Positions 8,227 to 18,204 of a stretch of DNA of 61,902 nucleotides are shown in pieces. Positions within the stretch are counted from its first letter, which is position 1, and each line of letters starts with the position of its first letter. The stretch is taken from positions 60,828 to 122,729 of the forward strand of contig DAINDD010000001.1 of assembly GCA_036732045.1 (NCBI GenBank), given 5' to 3'. The notes under the pieces were generated by a model. That model was given only the letters and a program-made list of their open reading frames with translations, was not told the origin of the DNA and searched no databases. The translations under genes and the position numbers were made by a program. The stretch is from Chloroflexota bacterium. Lineage in GTDB: Bacteria > Chloroflexota > Dehalococcoidia > SM23-28-2 > RBG-16-64-32.

Positions 8227-9421
8227 ACTGCCTCGACACCTCGGCCGGGAACTTGCCGTCCTTCACGTACACGTCCAGCCGCTCCTTGCCCTTCACCTGC
8301 GCCACACTCGTCACGGCCTGCTTCGAGTCGCGCACCTGCACGACGGCGTAGCCTCGCGCTAGCGTGCTCCGCGGGTCCAGCGAGCGCAACCGCCCGGCGC
8401 ATCCGTCGACGCGGCCAGACCGTTGCTCCAGCGACCGGCCCGCCGCGCTTGCCGCGTGCCGCAGCAGCGAGACGATGCGTTCGCGGTAGCGCCCGGGGTC
8501 GGGAATCGCCGAGCGCATGCGGTGCGCCGCTCGGTCCACGCGCGTCGCTCCCTGGTCGATCCGCCCGCGCACGTCTATCGCTGACGAGATCACCATGCCG
8601 TTGACCTGCCGCAGGATGTCGCGGCGGTCGGGCGCCACTGTTTCAGCAGCGGCCGAGGGCGTAGGCGCGCGGACGTCGGCGACAAAGTCCGCGATCGTGA
8701 AGTCGGTTTCGTGACCGACGGCGGAGACGACCGGCGCCGCGCTGGAGAAGATCGCTCGCGCGACGATCTCTTCGTTGAACGCCCACAACTCCTCTGTTGA
8801 CCCACCGCCGCGCGCGACGATGATCACGTCGATATCGCCGGCGCCGTTGAGTTGGCGGATGCCCTCGGCGACGCCGACGACGGCGTCCGGCCCCTGCACC
8901 GGCGTCGGTGCGAGGACGACCTCGGCCAGGGGCCAACGGCGTGTGAGCACGTTGCAGATGTCGTGGAAGACCGCGCCCGCCGGAGACGTGACGACGCCGA
9001 TGCGGCGCGGGAAGCGTGGCAGCGGGCGCTTACGGGCCTTGTCGAACAGCCCCTCGGCTTCCAGCTTCGTCTTCAGGCGCTCGAACTCCGCCTGCCGCGC
9101 GCCGACGCCGGCCGGCTGCACGAAGTCGACGATGATCTGGACTTCGCCGCGCTCGGCGTAGAACGAGATGTTGCCGTGCACCAGAACCTGAGCACCGTTC
9201 TCCAGCGGCATCCCCCGGTACTGGCGCTGGAACATCACGCAGCGTAGCCCGTAGGCGCCTTCCTTGAGCGTAAAGTAGACGTGCCCGCGCTGGGAGCGGC
9301 TGAGGTTGGAGATCTCGCCCTCGATCCAGACGTTGGAGAGGCGCAGGTCGCTCTCCAGCAGCTCCTTAACGTAGCGGCAGACCCAGGAGACGGGGTAGGC
9401 GTCGAGAAGTGATTGCGTCAC
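8216..9421 (-). CDS. xseA: Exodeoxyribonuclease VII large subunit
   Basis: VWIEGEISN, GHVYFTLK, IGVVTSPAGAVFHD, IIVARGGGS, SAVGHETD, APTPSAAAE; GTG start 9421. Confidence 0.96.
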   Translation of the reverse strand: MTQSLLDAYPVSWVCRYVKELLESDLRLSNVWIEGEISNLSRSQRGHVYFTLKEGAYGLRCVMFQRQYRGMPLENGAQVLVHGNISFYAERGEVQIIVDFVQPAGVGARQAEFERLKTKLEAEGLFDKARKRPLPRFPRRIGVVTSPAGAVFHDICNVLTRRWPLAEVVLAPTPVQGPDAVVGVAEGIRQLNGAGDIDVIIVARGGGSTEELWAFNEEIVARAIFSSAAPVVSAVGHETDFTIADFVADVRAPTPSAAAETVAPDRRDILRQVNGMVISSAIDVRGRIDQGATRVDRAAHRMRSAIPDPGRYRERIVSLLRHAASAAGRSLEQRSGRVDGCAGRLRSLDPRSTLARGYAVVQVRDSKQAVTSVAQVKGKERLDVYVKDGKFPAEVSRQYGF

Positions 9422-9477
9422 GCCGCTATTGTAGAGGGGTGAGGTGTGAGGTGTCAGGGGTGAGGTGGCAGCGGGTG

Positions 9478-10863
9478 TCAGCGCTCGAGGAACGCCGCGC
9501 TGGCCCAGCCCTGTGTCCCGCCAGGCGTCATCACGCTCACCCAGTCGCCGTTGGTCTGGCCGGTATCGCGCAGCAGCACACCGTCGGCAGCGCAGGTTAG
9601 CACCGTGCCGGAGGCAGACGGATCGGTGCGGATGTTGAGGCACGAGCCGGTGCCAGTCACGCGCGCAAACGGCCCGGTCTGCACGGCGTGGACAATCGTG
9701 CGTCCAAGGGAGCTGTAGCCCGGCATATCGGACTTGAACGGGCCGGGTATCAAGTTGAAAGTGCCGCTACGCAGATCGAGGATGGCTGGCAGCGGCGACT
9801 GAGACCCATAAGGGTGAGTGGAGTCTTCAGGAATGAGGCTTATGACTACGCGATCATCCTTCGCAGACCACCAACCAATGGCTACCAGGTATCCGTCGAT
9901 CTCCCATTGACGGATTACGTGCGCTGACCCGGCCGAGACATCCAGAGAAGCAAAAGCGTAGCGATCAACGTAGTCTGCGGGCCGAGGAATTGGCATCGGC
10001 AGCTCCCAGTGAACGAGCACTTGCCCGTCTTGAGGGTCCTTAAAGTCGCCAAGGACGGAGCCATAGTAGTAATGCGGGTCGCGGTCTGTCGGTGCGAAGA
10101 TCGGCGTTCCGTCAGCCAGCAGCAGGCGACCATCGTTCGTCGCCCAGAGGATTTCGTTCGATATCGGCACCGGGTATACGCCGTCAGCCGGTGGATTGAC
10201 GGCCGTATTGTCCGGAAGCAACACGTAGTCGTGCGTCCCATCGTCATGCTCGATTGTCGAAGCGATGACCCTTCCGTCTGCCATAACACCCGCGACCCCG
10301 AACGAGGTCCCGCCCCGGCCGACGTCCTGCCAAGTGATGCCGCCATCAACGGAGCGAAACGCCGCGCCTTCTGCGTTAGGATCGTTGCCCCCGAGGCTTG
10401 AGAACTGGCAGTCACCTTTAGTGCAGAAGCTGACGGCCATGACCGATGCGTCTTGTGTCATCACTTCGCCCGTAATCGGCGCCAGTAGCTCTTGCGGCCC
10501 GGACGGCGAATCGTATGTAATTCTGGGGAGGTTGTTCTCAAACCCTGTGAAGAGCTCTTCTGTCCGTACATCACCCGTCGAATCACACTAAACGCGCACG
10601 AGTGGACCCGACGGGCCATCGCAGGCCCAGCAGCCCGGTTCTATGATCATCGCCATATCGTTGGGGAGGTCGATATCAGGGCCCCAGCGGATCAGGTTCG
10701 GATCGGGCGTAGGACTCGGACTCACTGAGAGCGTAGGGGAAACGGTCGCGCCGGGCGTGGAGCTGGCAGTCGAGCTCGTCGTCGGCGTCGGCGAACTGGA
10801 GTCGTCGCCGCATGCTGAGACGAGTGCGACGATCGCGACCCCGGCGGAGAGCACCCAGCGCAT
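9478..10863 (-). pseudogene. Exported lipoprotein with C-terminal SH3-like domain, interrupted by one in-frame TAG at 10588-10590
   Basis: Signal peptide with lipobox VSAC and S/T/P linker; 41 sense codons link the TAG to ORF 9478..10464 in the same frame; C-terminus CLNIRTDP...GDWVSVMTPGGTQGWAS. Confidence 0.65.
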
Positions 10864-10913
10864 GGCACCTGCCATAACGCCGGGCGTCAAATCTCGGTAC
10901 GGTTGTGCCTGGA

Positions 10914-10936
10914 GTCAGGCTAAGAGCCTGACCCCC
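10914..10936. repeat. REP-like palindrome, copy 1
   Basis: GTCAGGCT-AAG-AGCCTGAC-CCCC. Confidence 0.6.
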
Positions 10937-10940
10937 GAAG

Positions 10941-11504
10941 TTATTTGCTCGCGCGCTCCAGGTAGGCACCCGTGCGGGTGTCGATCTTCAGCTTGTCGCC
11001 GGTGTTGATGAAGAGCGGCACGTTTACCGTGATGCCCGTCTCCAGCGTCGCCGGCTTCGTGCCGCCCTGCGCCGTGTCGCCGCGCATGCCCGGGTCCGTC
11101 TGCTTCACCTTCAACTCGACAGCCGCCGACAGTTCGACGCCCACCGCCTCGGTGCCGAACATCAGCAGGTTGACCTCGCTGTTTTCGGTGATGTAGTTCA
11201 GCGCGTCGCCCAGCACCGCCTTGCTCACCGGGAACTGGTCGAACGTCGCCGTGTTCATGAAGTAGTGCAGGTCGCCGTCCGCGTACAGGTACTGCGCCGC
11301 CTGCCGTTCCACGCGCGCCCGCTGGAACCGCGCGCCGGCCTGCACCGACTTGTCGATGATGTGCCCGGCCCGCAGGTCGCGCAGCTTCATCCGCACCTGC
11401 GCCGTGCCGCGGCCCATCTTGTTGTGCTCCAGCTCGATCACCTGGTAAAGGTTGCCGTCGATTTCGATTGTGGACCCCTTCTTGAGGTCGCCCGTCTCGA
11501 TCAT
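10941..11504 (-). CDS. efp: Translation elongation factor P
   Basis: HNKMGRGTAQVRMKL, TDPGMRGDTAQGGTKPATLETG, VPLFIN, IDTRTGAYLER. Confidence 0.97.
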   Translation of the reverse strand: MIETGDLKKGSTIEIDGNLYQVIELEHNKMGRGTAQVRMKLRDLRAGHIIDKSVQAGARFQRARVERQAAQYLYADGDLHYFMNTATFDQFPVSKAVLGDALNYITENSEVNLLMFGTEAVGVELSAAVELKVKQTDPGMRGDTAQGGTKPATLETGITVNVPLFINTGDKLKIDTRTGAYLERASK

Positions 11505-11691
11505 CTGATCCTCGCTTCTGGTGTGTCTTTGGGCCTCGACTAGGGTAGCCGGTCAGAGTGGCCGGTGTCATCCTCCGGTCGTGACGCAGGCGTAGCATGC
11601 TGTGCCCCTACAGCGGTTCGCTGTGCCAGGACGCAACGCCAAACGGCAATCTGCTTATCCGCTCGAATCTGCTGTGAGTCGCATGCCGCCG

Positions 11692-11716
11692 GTCAGGCTG
11701 AAGCCTGACCCCCCGA
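11692..11716. repeat. REP-like palindrome, copy 2
   Basis: GTCAGGCT-GA-AGCCTGAC-CCCCC-GAA, same orientation and tail as the 10914 copy. Confidence 0.6.
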
Positions 11717-11753
11717 ATAGGCCCAACACAAGCCGGTGCTGGGACGGTTCGGC

Positions 11754-11781
11754 GAGATCCTTCGCTGCGGCTCAGGATGAC
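11754..11781. repeat. Intergenic repeat of the GTCATCCTGAG...GAAGGATCT type (reverse orientation)
   Basis: GAGATCCTTCGCTGCGGCTCAGGATGAC resembles a dispersed intergenic repeat recalled from related genomes; single copy in this window. Confidence 0.45.
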
Positions 11782-11789
11782 GCTTCGCG

Positions 11790-12899
11790 TCATTTCGGGG
11801 CGCGCGACATCACGCGAAGCTTTCCGCCCTCGAAGACGCACTGGTCTTCGATGCGGACCCCGAACTCGCCCGGCAGGTAGATGCCCGGCTCGACTGTCAC
11901 GATCATGCCGTCGGCCATCACGCTTTTCGACGTGCGAGACAGGTACGGCGCCTCGTGCACCTGCAGGCCGACGCCGTGGCCGAGGCCGTGCCCGAAGTGC
12001 TCGCCGAAGCTCCCCTCCGCGATCACGTTGTGCGCCAGCATGTGGCCCTCTTCGCCGCCCATGCCAGCCCGCAAGAGCTCCTCCGCCGTCCGCTGCGCCG
12101 TCAACACGATGTCGTACACCGCACGGAACTTCCCGCTGGGCTTGCCGTCGCAGACGACCGTCCGCGTCAGGTCCGAGCAGTAGCCGTCCACTATCACGCC
12201 CATGTCGATGACGACCGGATCGCCCTTCTGGATCGCGTAGTCGGTTGGCTGGGCGTGCGGCATCGCGCCGTGTGGCCCGGCGGCGACGATGGTGGGAAAT
12301 GACATGAAATCGGCTCCGTGCTCGCGAGCGTACTTCTCGATCTCCCAGGCGACCTGTTTCTCCGTCCAGCCCGGCTCGAGCCGTTCCGAGACGTGGACGA
12401 GCGCCTCGTCGCCAATATCCACAGCCCGCTGCAGCGAATCGAGCTCGCCTGGCTCCTTGAAGGTGCGCAGCTCGGCGACCAGCGGCGGCGCGGCGAGCAG
12501 AGCCGGCCGGTCGCTTTCCGGCATGCCGTCGATGGCCTTTCGCATTGCGTTCAGCGAGGCGACCGAGACGTCGCCCGGCTCGAAGCCGATGCGCTCGCCC
12601 GAGAGGCCGCTTTCGCCAATCAGCCGCGCGAACCAGGTGTCCATGCCGCCGCTTGTCGCGAAGAGAGTGAACTGCGGGCACTCCTGCCTCACTTGCTCGA
12701 AGTAGCGGAAGTCGACGGCGATGAACTGCGAGTCGCGCGTGATTATGAGCCAGCCGACGGAGCCACTGAACCCTGAGAGGTAGCGCCGGTTCGTGCCCGC
12801 GACGTGGAACGTGTCCTCCACCGCGCAGCCAACGAGAAACGCCGCGAGCTCGTGCTCACCCATCTTCTCGCGGAGCTTAGCGATCCGCTCGGTCGTCAC
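11790..12899 (-). CDS. Xaa-Pro aminopeptidase, M24 family (PepP/PepQ-like)
   Basis: NRRYLSGFSGS, IDMGVIVDGYCSDLTRT, FGHGLGHGVGLQVHEAP, TVEPGIY, GVRIED. Confidence 0.93.
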   Translation of the reverse strand: MTTERIAKLREKMGEHELAAFLVGCAVEDTFHVAGTNRRYLSGFSGSVGWLIITRDSQFIAVDFRYFEQVRQECPQFTLFATSGGMDTWFARLIGESGLSGERIGFEPGDVSVASLNAMRKAIDGMPESDRPALLAAPPLVAELRTFKEPGELDSLQRAVDIGDEALVHVSERLEPGWTEKQVAWEIEKYAREHGADFMSFPTIVAAGPHGAMPHAQPTDYAIQKGDPVVIDMGVIVDGYCSDLTRTVVCDGKPSGKFRAVYDIVLTAQRTAEELLRAGMGGEEGHMLAHNVIAEGSFGEHFGHGLGHGVGLQVHEAPYLSRTSKSVMADGMIVTVEPGIYLPGEFGVRIEDQCVFEGGKLRVMSRAPK

Positions 12900-13336
12900 T
12901 TGCCGTCCTTGAGGATGCCGGCGAGCGCGTCGAGCGCGGCGATGTACCCTCGCCAGCCGAGGCCGGCAACCTGCGCGACGGCAATGTCGGCGAGCACGGA
13001 GTGGTGGCGGAACTCCTCGCGGGCGTGGATGTTGGAGATGTGCACTTCCACGAACGGCTTCTGGATCGCCTCGAACGCGTCTCGCAGCGCGAGACCGTAG
13101 TGCGTCAGCGCGCCGGCGTTAATCAGGATGCCGTCAGCCTGCGGGCCATGCTCCTGCAGAAAGTCGACGATCGCGCCCTCGGCGTTCGCCTGGAAGGGCA
13201 CGATTTCCACGCCGAGCTCATGCCCTCGCTTCGTCACCTTGTCAACGATGTCCTGCAGCGTCATCGAGCCGTATATCTCCGGCTGCCGCCGCCCGAGCAT
13301 GTTCAGGTTCGGGCCATTCACAAGGAGGATTCGCAT
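12896..13336 (-). CDS. aroQ: Type II 3-dehydroquinate dehydratase
   Basis: NGPNLNMLGRRQPEIYG, INAGALTHY, VEVHISNIHAREEFRHHS. Confidence 0.97.
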   Translation of the reverse strand: MRILLVNGPNLNMLGRRQPEIYGSMTLQDIVDKVTKRGHELGVEIVPFQANAEGAIVDFLQEHGPQADGILINAGALTHYGLALRDAFEAIQKPFVEVHISNIHAREEFRHHSVLADIAVAQVAGLGWRGYIAALDALAGILKDGK

Positions 13337-13357
13337 GAGGATAGGTTACACCAGACG

Positions 13358-14311
13358 CTAGGCTCCAGACCGCGCCCGTCGCCGCGCCGCGCTCTCCTCG
13401 AGGTTGCGGAGCGTCGCCTCGGCCATCTGCTTCCGCGCACGCTCCAGCTTCTCGCGCTGGCGCTCCTCCGTCACGTGCGTGTAGATCTGCGTCGTCTGGG
13501 CGCTGGCGTGGCCGAGGAGGTCCTGCACGACGCGGAGGTCTGCGCCGCCGTCCAGCAGGTGCGTGGCGAACGAGTGACGCAAGAGGTGCGGCCAGACTCG
13601 CTGGTCGAGCCCGGCCTTAAGCGCGTGCTGGTGGACGATCTTCTCGATCGAACGGCCGGAGAGACGCTTGCCGTCGCGGTTCACGAAAAGCGCCATCTCA
13701 GCGCCGGTGGCGAGCTTCGGGCGGCCTCGCGCCAAGTAGCGCCGAATCGCCTTTTCCGCCGGCCCGCCCAGGAGAACGATGCGCTCCTTGTTCCCCTTGC
13801 CGCGCACCAGCAGCGTCCGCTCTTCGAGGTCGAGGTGGCGGATGTCCGTGCCGACCACCTCGCTGAGACGGACGCCGGACGCGTACATCAGCTCGAGGAT
13901 CGCGCGGTTGCGCATCCCCCGCGGCGTCGCCTCGTCAGCCGACTCGATGATCGCCGACAGCTGCTCCAGTGACAGGATCGAAGGCAGCCTGCGCTCCCGC
14001 TTTGGCGCGACCAGTCCGGTCAGCGGGCTCGACTCGAGCTTCCCTTCGCGCACAAGGAAGCGGTAGAAGCTGCGGATCGTGCTCACCTTGCGAGTCAGGC
14101 TGGCGCCGACCATCCCCTGCTCCTTCAGCGCGGAGAGGTAGCGGCGCAGCATGAACCGGTCGGCGGTCGTTGGCCCCGCGTCGTTCTCCTCCTCGCGCAG
14201 ATACGTCGCAAAGTGCGTGAGGTCGCTGCGGTAGTTCCGCAACGTCAGCGGCGAAAGGTTCTTCTCCGCGAGCAGATATCTGAGGTACGCCTCGAGCAGT
14301 TCGTTCATCAT
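13358..14311 (-). CDS. xerC: Tyrosine recombinase XerC/XerD family
   Basis: RNRAILELMYASGVRLSE, GKGNKER, HLLRHSFATH, LLGHAS..TTQIYTH; next to topA-dprA (XerD not excluded). Confidence 0.85.
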   Translation of the reverse strand: MMNELLEAYLRYLLAEKNLSPLTLRNYRSDLTHFATYLREEENDAGPTTADRFMLRRYLSALKEQGMVGASLTRKVSTIRSFYRFLVREGKLESSPLTGLVAPKRERRLPSILSLEQLSAIIESADEATPRGMRNRAILELMYASGVRLSEVVGTDIRHLDLEERTLLVRGKGNKERIVLLGGPAEKAIRRYLARGRPKLATGAEMALFVNRDGKRLSGRSIEKIVHQHALKAGLDQRVWPHLLRHSFATHLLDGGADLRVVQDLLGHASAQTTQIYTHVTEERQREKLERARKQMAEATLRNLEESAARRRARSGA

Positions 14312-14354
14312 TAGGGATAACGGCGGAACGCGATTTCGGTTTGTCGACTAAACG

Positions 14355-14399
14355 TCTCCCCTCGCCCGCCGGAGCGGGAGAGGGTCGGGGGGTGAGGGC
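14355..14399. repeat. Intergenic palindromic repeat ending in GGTGAGGGC
   Basis: CTCCCCTCGCCCGCCGGAGCGGGAGAGGGTCGGGGGGTGAGGGC; degenerate relative at about 52661-52704. Confidence 0.45.
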
Positions 14400-14517
14400 C
14401 GTCTTCGGCGATGCCACCCGACATCGCAGGCAAACCGGGACGCTTGACAGCCGCTGTCCTGCGACATCAAGACATCGCGCAGAACTGAAATGTCCGGCCT
14501 GGCGCGGAACGCCCCCG

Positions 14518-14540
14518 AGACGTCCCGCTGGGACGTCTTT
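14518..14540. terminator. Perfect hairpin just downstream of topA
   Basis: AGACGTCCC-GCT-GGGACGTCT-TT. Confidence 0.5.
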
Positions 14541-14552
14541 ACGCGGGCCCGG

Positions 14553-16919
14553 TCAGCTCACGCCCGCCGGCTGGGGCGCGGTGGCAGGCGCTTCGCCTCG
14601 CCACTCGCAGTCGAGGCATTTCGCCTTGTTGTCCTTCTCCGCGACGACGAGGCCGCCGCAGTTGAGGCAGGGCGTCTCCAAAGGCCGGCTCCATGTTGTG
14701 AAGTCGCACTTCGGATAGTTGGCGCAGCCATAGAACGTGCGGCCGCGCTTCGTCCGGCGCTCCACCAGCTCGCCCTGGTCCTTCGGGCACTTCACGCCCA
14801 GCGACTTGACCAGCGGCTTGCGTCCCTTGCACTCCGGGTAACGGCTGCAGGCGAGGAACTTGCCGAAGCGCCCGCTGCGGATCAGCATCGGCGCCCCGCA
14901 CTCCGGGCAGGGCTCGTCCGTCTGTTGTGGCTGCTCCTGCGGCTCTTCGCCTTCCAGCGAGCTTGTCCCGCGGCACTCCGGGAAGCGCGTGCAGGCGAGG
15001 AAGCGGCCGCGGCGCCCCCAGCGGATAATCATCGGGGCGCCGCACTCGGGGCAAAGCTCTGTCGTCTCCTCCACCTGCTTCTTCGCCTCGAGGGTCGCCG
15101 TCGTCAGCGCTGCCTCTAGCGGGTCGTACATCTCGCGCACGACGGGCTGCCACTGGCGCTCGCCGGAAGCGACTTCGTCCAGCTCCTCCTCCATGCCTGC
15201 CGTGAAGCCGGCGTCGACGAAGTTCGGGAAGTGCTCGACGAGCAGGTCGTTCACGACGACGCCAAGGTCGGTCGGCTTCAGGTTTCGGCCTTCTTTGCCG
15301 ACGTAACCGCGGTCCTGGATCGTTGACATCGTCGGCGCGTAGGTGCTCGGGCGGCCGATCCCCTTCTCTTCCAGCGCCTTCACCAGGCTGGCATCGGTGT
15401 AGCGTGGCGGTGGCTCAGTGAAGTGCTGCTCGGGGAAGAGTTGTCGCATCAGCAGGCGGTCGCCCGCGGCCAGTTGCGGCAGTGGGTTGCTGCCCATATC
15501 CTCTTCGTCGCTGTCGTCCTCATCGCGCGCTTCGACGTAGACCTGCCGGAAGCCCGCGAACCGCAGCTGCGTGTTTGTCGAGCGCATCAGCAGTGGATCG
15601 GCGCCCGAGGCTGGCTTCGCCTCGGTCTCCACCGTTGTCACGTCGAAGACTGCGTCGGACATCTGGCTGGCCACGAAGCGCTGCCAGACGAGAGCGTACA
15701 GCCGGTACTGGTCGTTAGTGAGCGAGCCGCGGATGGCGTCCGGCTCGCGGGTGACGGAAGTTGGGCGGATCGCCTCGTGCGCCTCTTGCGCGCCCTTCAC
15801 CTTTCGCGTGTAGACTCGTGGGGATTTCGGCACGAAGTCTTCCCCGAAACGCTCGGCGATGTAAGCGCGCGCCTCCTGCTGGGCCGAGACGGCGATGTTC
15901 GTCGAGTCGGTACGCATGTACGTGATCAGACCGACCTCGCCGCGGCCGCCGAGCTTGATGCCCTCGTACAGCTGTTGCGCGACAGCCATCGTGCGCTTCG
16001 CCGTAAAGCCCAGGCGGCGCGAAGCCTCCTGCTGCAGAGTGCTGGTGATGAATGGTGCGGCCGGCCGGCGAACTTGCGGGCGTGTCTGCACGCTCAGGAC
16101 TTTGTAGGTCGAAGCGCGGAGGTCGTTGACCAGCCGCTCGGACTGGTCGCCGCTGGTGATCTCCAGCTTATCCTTCTTACCGGCATAGCCCGCCAGCTTG
16201 GCGCGAAACGTCGGGGTCGCGCGCTCCTTCTCCAGCTCAGCCTCGATCGTCCAGTACTCCTGCCGCACGAAGGCCTGGATCTCGCGCTCGCGTTCGACGA
16301 CCAGCCGTACCGCGACTGATTGAACGCGCCCGGCGGAGAGTCCGCGCCGCACCTTCTTCCAGAGGAACGGGCTCAGCCGATAGCCGACCAGCCGGTCGAC
16401 AACGCGGCGGGCCTGCTGCGCGTCTACGAGTTGCATGTTGATTTCGCGCGGGTGATCGAACGCCTCCTGCACGGCTTCGGGCGTGATCTCGTGAAAGACG
16501 ACGCGGTGGTGCGGCAGCGACCTGAGGTCGGCGGCCTCCATCAGGTGCCAGGCAATCGCCTCGCCCTCGCGGTCAGGGTCGGTGGCCAGGAAGACTTCGC
16601 CCGCCCGCTTCGCCGCGTCCCTGATCTCGGTCACCGTCCTCGACTTTTCGCGCGGGATGACGTACTGCGGCGCGAAGTTGGACTCAACGTCGATTCCCAG
16701 CTTGGCCTTCGGCAGGTCACGGATGTGGCCGATCGAGGCGCGCACGTCGTAGTTGGAGCCGAGGATGCGCGAGATCGTCCGCGCCTTGGCCGGGGACTCC
16801 ACGATGACGAGGCTTCGTCCCGCTTTGCCCGCGGGTGCGTTCTTTGGCGCTGCCCGCTTCTTACGTGCGGGCGCTTTTGTGCGGCGGGCCGTTGCCGGCT
16901 TGCCGTTTATCTCTACCAA
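14553..16919 (-). CDS. topA: DNA topoisomerase I with C-terminal Cys4 zinc ribbons
   Basis: LVIVESPAKA, LATDPDREGEAI, SAGRVQS, GLITYMRTDS, AQEAHEAIRPT, CPECG repeats. Confidence 0.98.
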   Translation of the reverse strand: MVEINGKPATARRTKAPARKKRAAPKNAPAGKAGRSLVIVESPAKARTISRILGSNYDVRASIGHIRDLPKAKLGIDVESNFAPQYVIPREKSRTVTEIRDAAKRAGEVFLATDPDREGEAIAWHLMEAADLRSLPHHRVVFHEITPEAVQEAFDHPREINMQLVDAQQARRVVDRLVGYRLSPFLWKKVRRGLSAGRVQSVAVRLVVEREREIQAFVRQEYWTIEAELEKERATPTFRAKLAGYAGKKDKLEITSGDQSERLVNDLRASTYKVLSVQTRPQVRRPAAPFITSTLQQEASRRLGFTAKRTMAVAQQLYEGIKLGGRGEVGLITYMRTDSTNIAVSAQQEARAYIAERFGEDFVPKSPRVYTRKVKGAQEAHEAIRPTSVTREPDAIRGSLTNDQYRLYALVWQRFVASQMSDAVFDVTTVETEAKPASGADPLLMRSTNTQLRFAGFRQVYVEARDEDDSDEEDMGSNPLPQLAAGDRLLMRQLFPEQHFTEPPPRYTDASLVKALEEKGIGRPSTYAPTMSTIQDRGYVGKEGRNLKPTDLGVVVNDLLVEHFPNFVDAGFTAGMEEELDEVASGERQWQPVVREMYDPLEAALTTATLEAKKQVEETTELCPECGAPMIIRWGRRGRFLACTRFPECRGTSSLEGEEPQEQPQQTDEPCPECGAPMLIRSGRFGKFLACSRYPECKGRKPLVKSLGVKCPKDQGELVERRTKRGRTFYGCANYPKCDFTTWSRPLETPCLNCGGLVVAEKDNKAKCLDCEWRGEAPATAPQPAGVS

Positions 16920-16938
16920 CTTGTATTCCTTCTGTCTG

Positions 16939-18087
16939 CTAGCTTGAGCCGTAGGAGGCGGGTGCCTCGCGGGCCCTGACGTAGGCCTTCGATCCGATCT
17001 CCCGGACGAGGCCCTTCAGTTCCATCATGGCGAGGAGGCTGCTTACCGTCGAGATGGGGAGTCCGCTTTCGCGGCAGACCTCATCGATGTGCACCGGCTC
17101 TCTCGATATATGACGTAGAAGCTCCGCCTCCGTGTCCGTGGCGGGGCTCAACTCGAGCATTTCAATCTGTTGGGGCGCGGTCTGGAGGTTCAACTCTTCC
17201 AGTATGTCGTCGACCTTGATGACGAGCTTTGCCTCGCCGCGCTGTATCTTCAGGTTAGTGCCACGGCTCTGCGTTGAAAAGACGCTGCCCGGGACCGCGA
17301 ACACTTCGCGGCCCTGGTCGTTCGCGAAGTTCGCCGTGATCAGCGCGCCGCTCTTCACGTCGCCTTCGACAACAAGAACGCCCAGACTCACACCACTAAG
17401 GATACGATTGCGGCGGGGGAAAAAGTCTCCGCGCGGCTGCGACCCGAGTGGCTGCTCGCTGATCAAGGCGCCGCGCTCGGCAATCTCAGAGGCCAGTTTC
17501 TTGTGCTCTGGCGGGTACACCATGTCGAGCCCGCAGGCCAACACGGCGAGCGTCCGGCCGCCGGCCTGCAGCGCCGCCCGGTGCGCGATCCCGTCGATTC
17601 CGCGCGCCAGTCCGCTGACCACCGTGACCAGGTTCCCCGCCAGCTGGTACGACATCTCCTCCGCCACCTGCCGTCCGTACGGCGTCGGCCGGCGCGTGCC
17701 GACGACCGCCACCGCTAGCTCGTCCTGCGTCACCAGTTCGCCCTTCAGGTAGAGAAGCGGCGGCGCGTCATCTATCTCTCGCAGGCGAGCCGGGTACGCG
17801 GCGTCATCCCAGGTAATCGCCCGCAGGCGCGCCGTCTCCAACCGCTGCCACTCCGTGTCCGGGTCGATGTTCGGCCGCTCGTCCGCGATCTGGCGGACCG
17901 TGCGTTGGTCCAGGCCGGCTTCCTTGAGCTCGCCGCGGGTGGCGCGCCACGCCTCGGCCAGCGAACCGAACCGCGCGAGCATCGCCTCGTATCGTTTGGT
18001 GCCGACGCCCGCGATGCGGCTGAAGGCGACCCAGAACTTCGCCTCGTCGGCGTTGGTGCTGCTGGTCTTCTTTTGTCTTCGGGCCAT
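16939..18087 (-). CDS. dprA: DNA-processing protein DprA
   Basis: AVVGTRRPTPYG, VVSGLARGIDGIAH, FFPRRNRILSG, SGALITA, AVPGSVFS; C-terminal winged helix. Confidence 0.96.
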   Translation of the reverse strand: MARRQKKTSSTNADEAKFWVAFSRIAGVGTKRYEAMLARFGSLAEAWRATRGELKEAGLDQRTVRQIADERPNIDPDTEWQRLETARLRAITWDDAAYPARLREIDDAPPLLYLKGELVTQDELAVAVVGTRRPTPYGRQVAEEMSYQLAGNLVTVVSGLARGIDGIAHRAALQAGGRTLAVLACGLDMVYPPEHKKLASEIAERGALISEQPLGSQPRGDFFPRRNRILSGVSLGVLVVEGDVKSGALITANFANDQGREVFAVPGSVFSTQSRGTNLKIQRGEAKLVIKVDDILEELNLQTAPQQIEMLELSPATDTEAELLRHISREPVHIDEVCRESGLPISTVSSLLAMMELKGLVREIGSKAYVRAREAPASYGSS

Positions 18088-18204
18088 GTCAGGCGAGGAT
18101 GATAGCACGCAAGTCAACAGCAGCAGCTCTGAGAGTGGCACGGCAGAGGGGCGGTTTGGCAACGGATTCTGGCCGGCCAGTAGAAGAGGCTGTTCAACTA
18201 GCAG

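Noticed and set aside
13358-14311. Prophage or integrative-element integrase
   Set aside because: XerC-like length and motifs in a housekeeping topA-dprA context, with no att repeats or cargo genes
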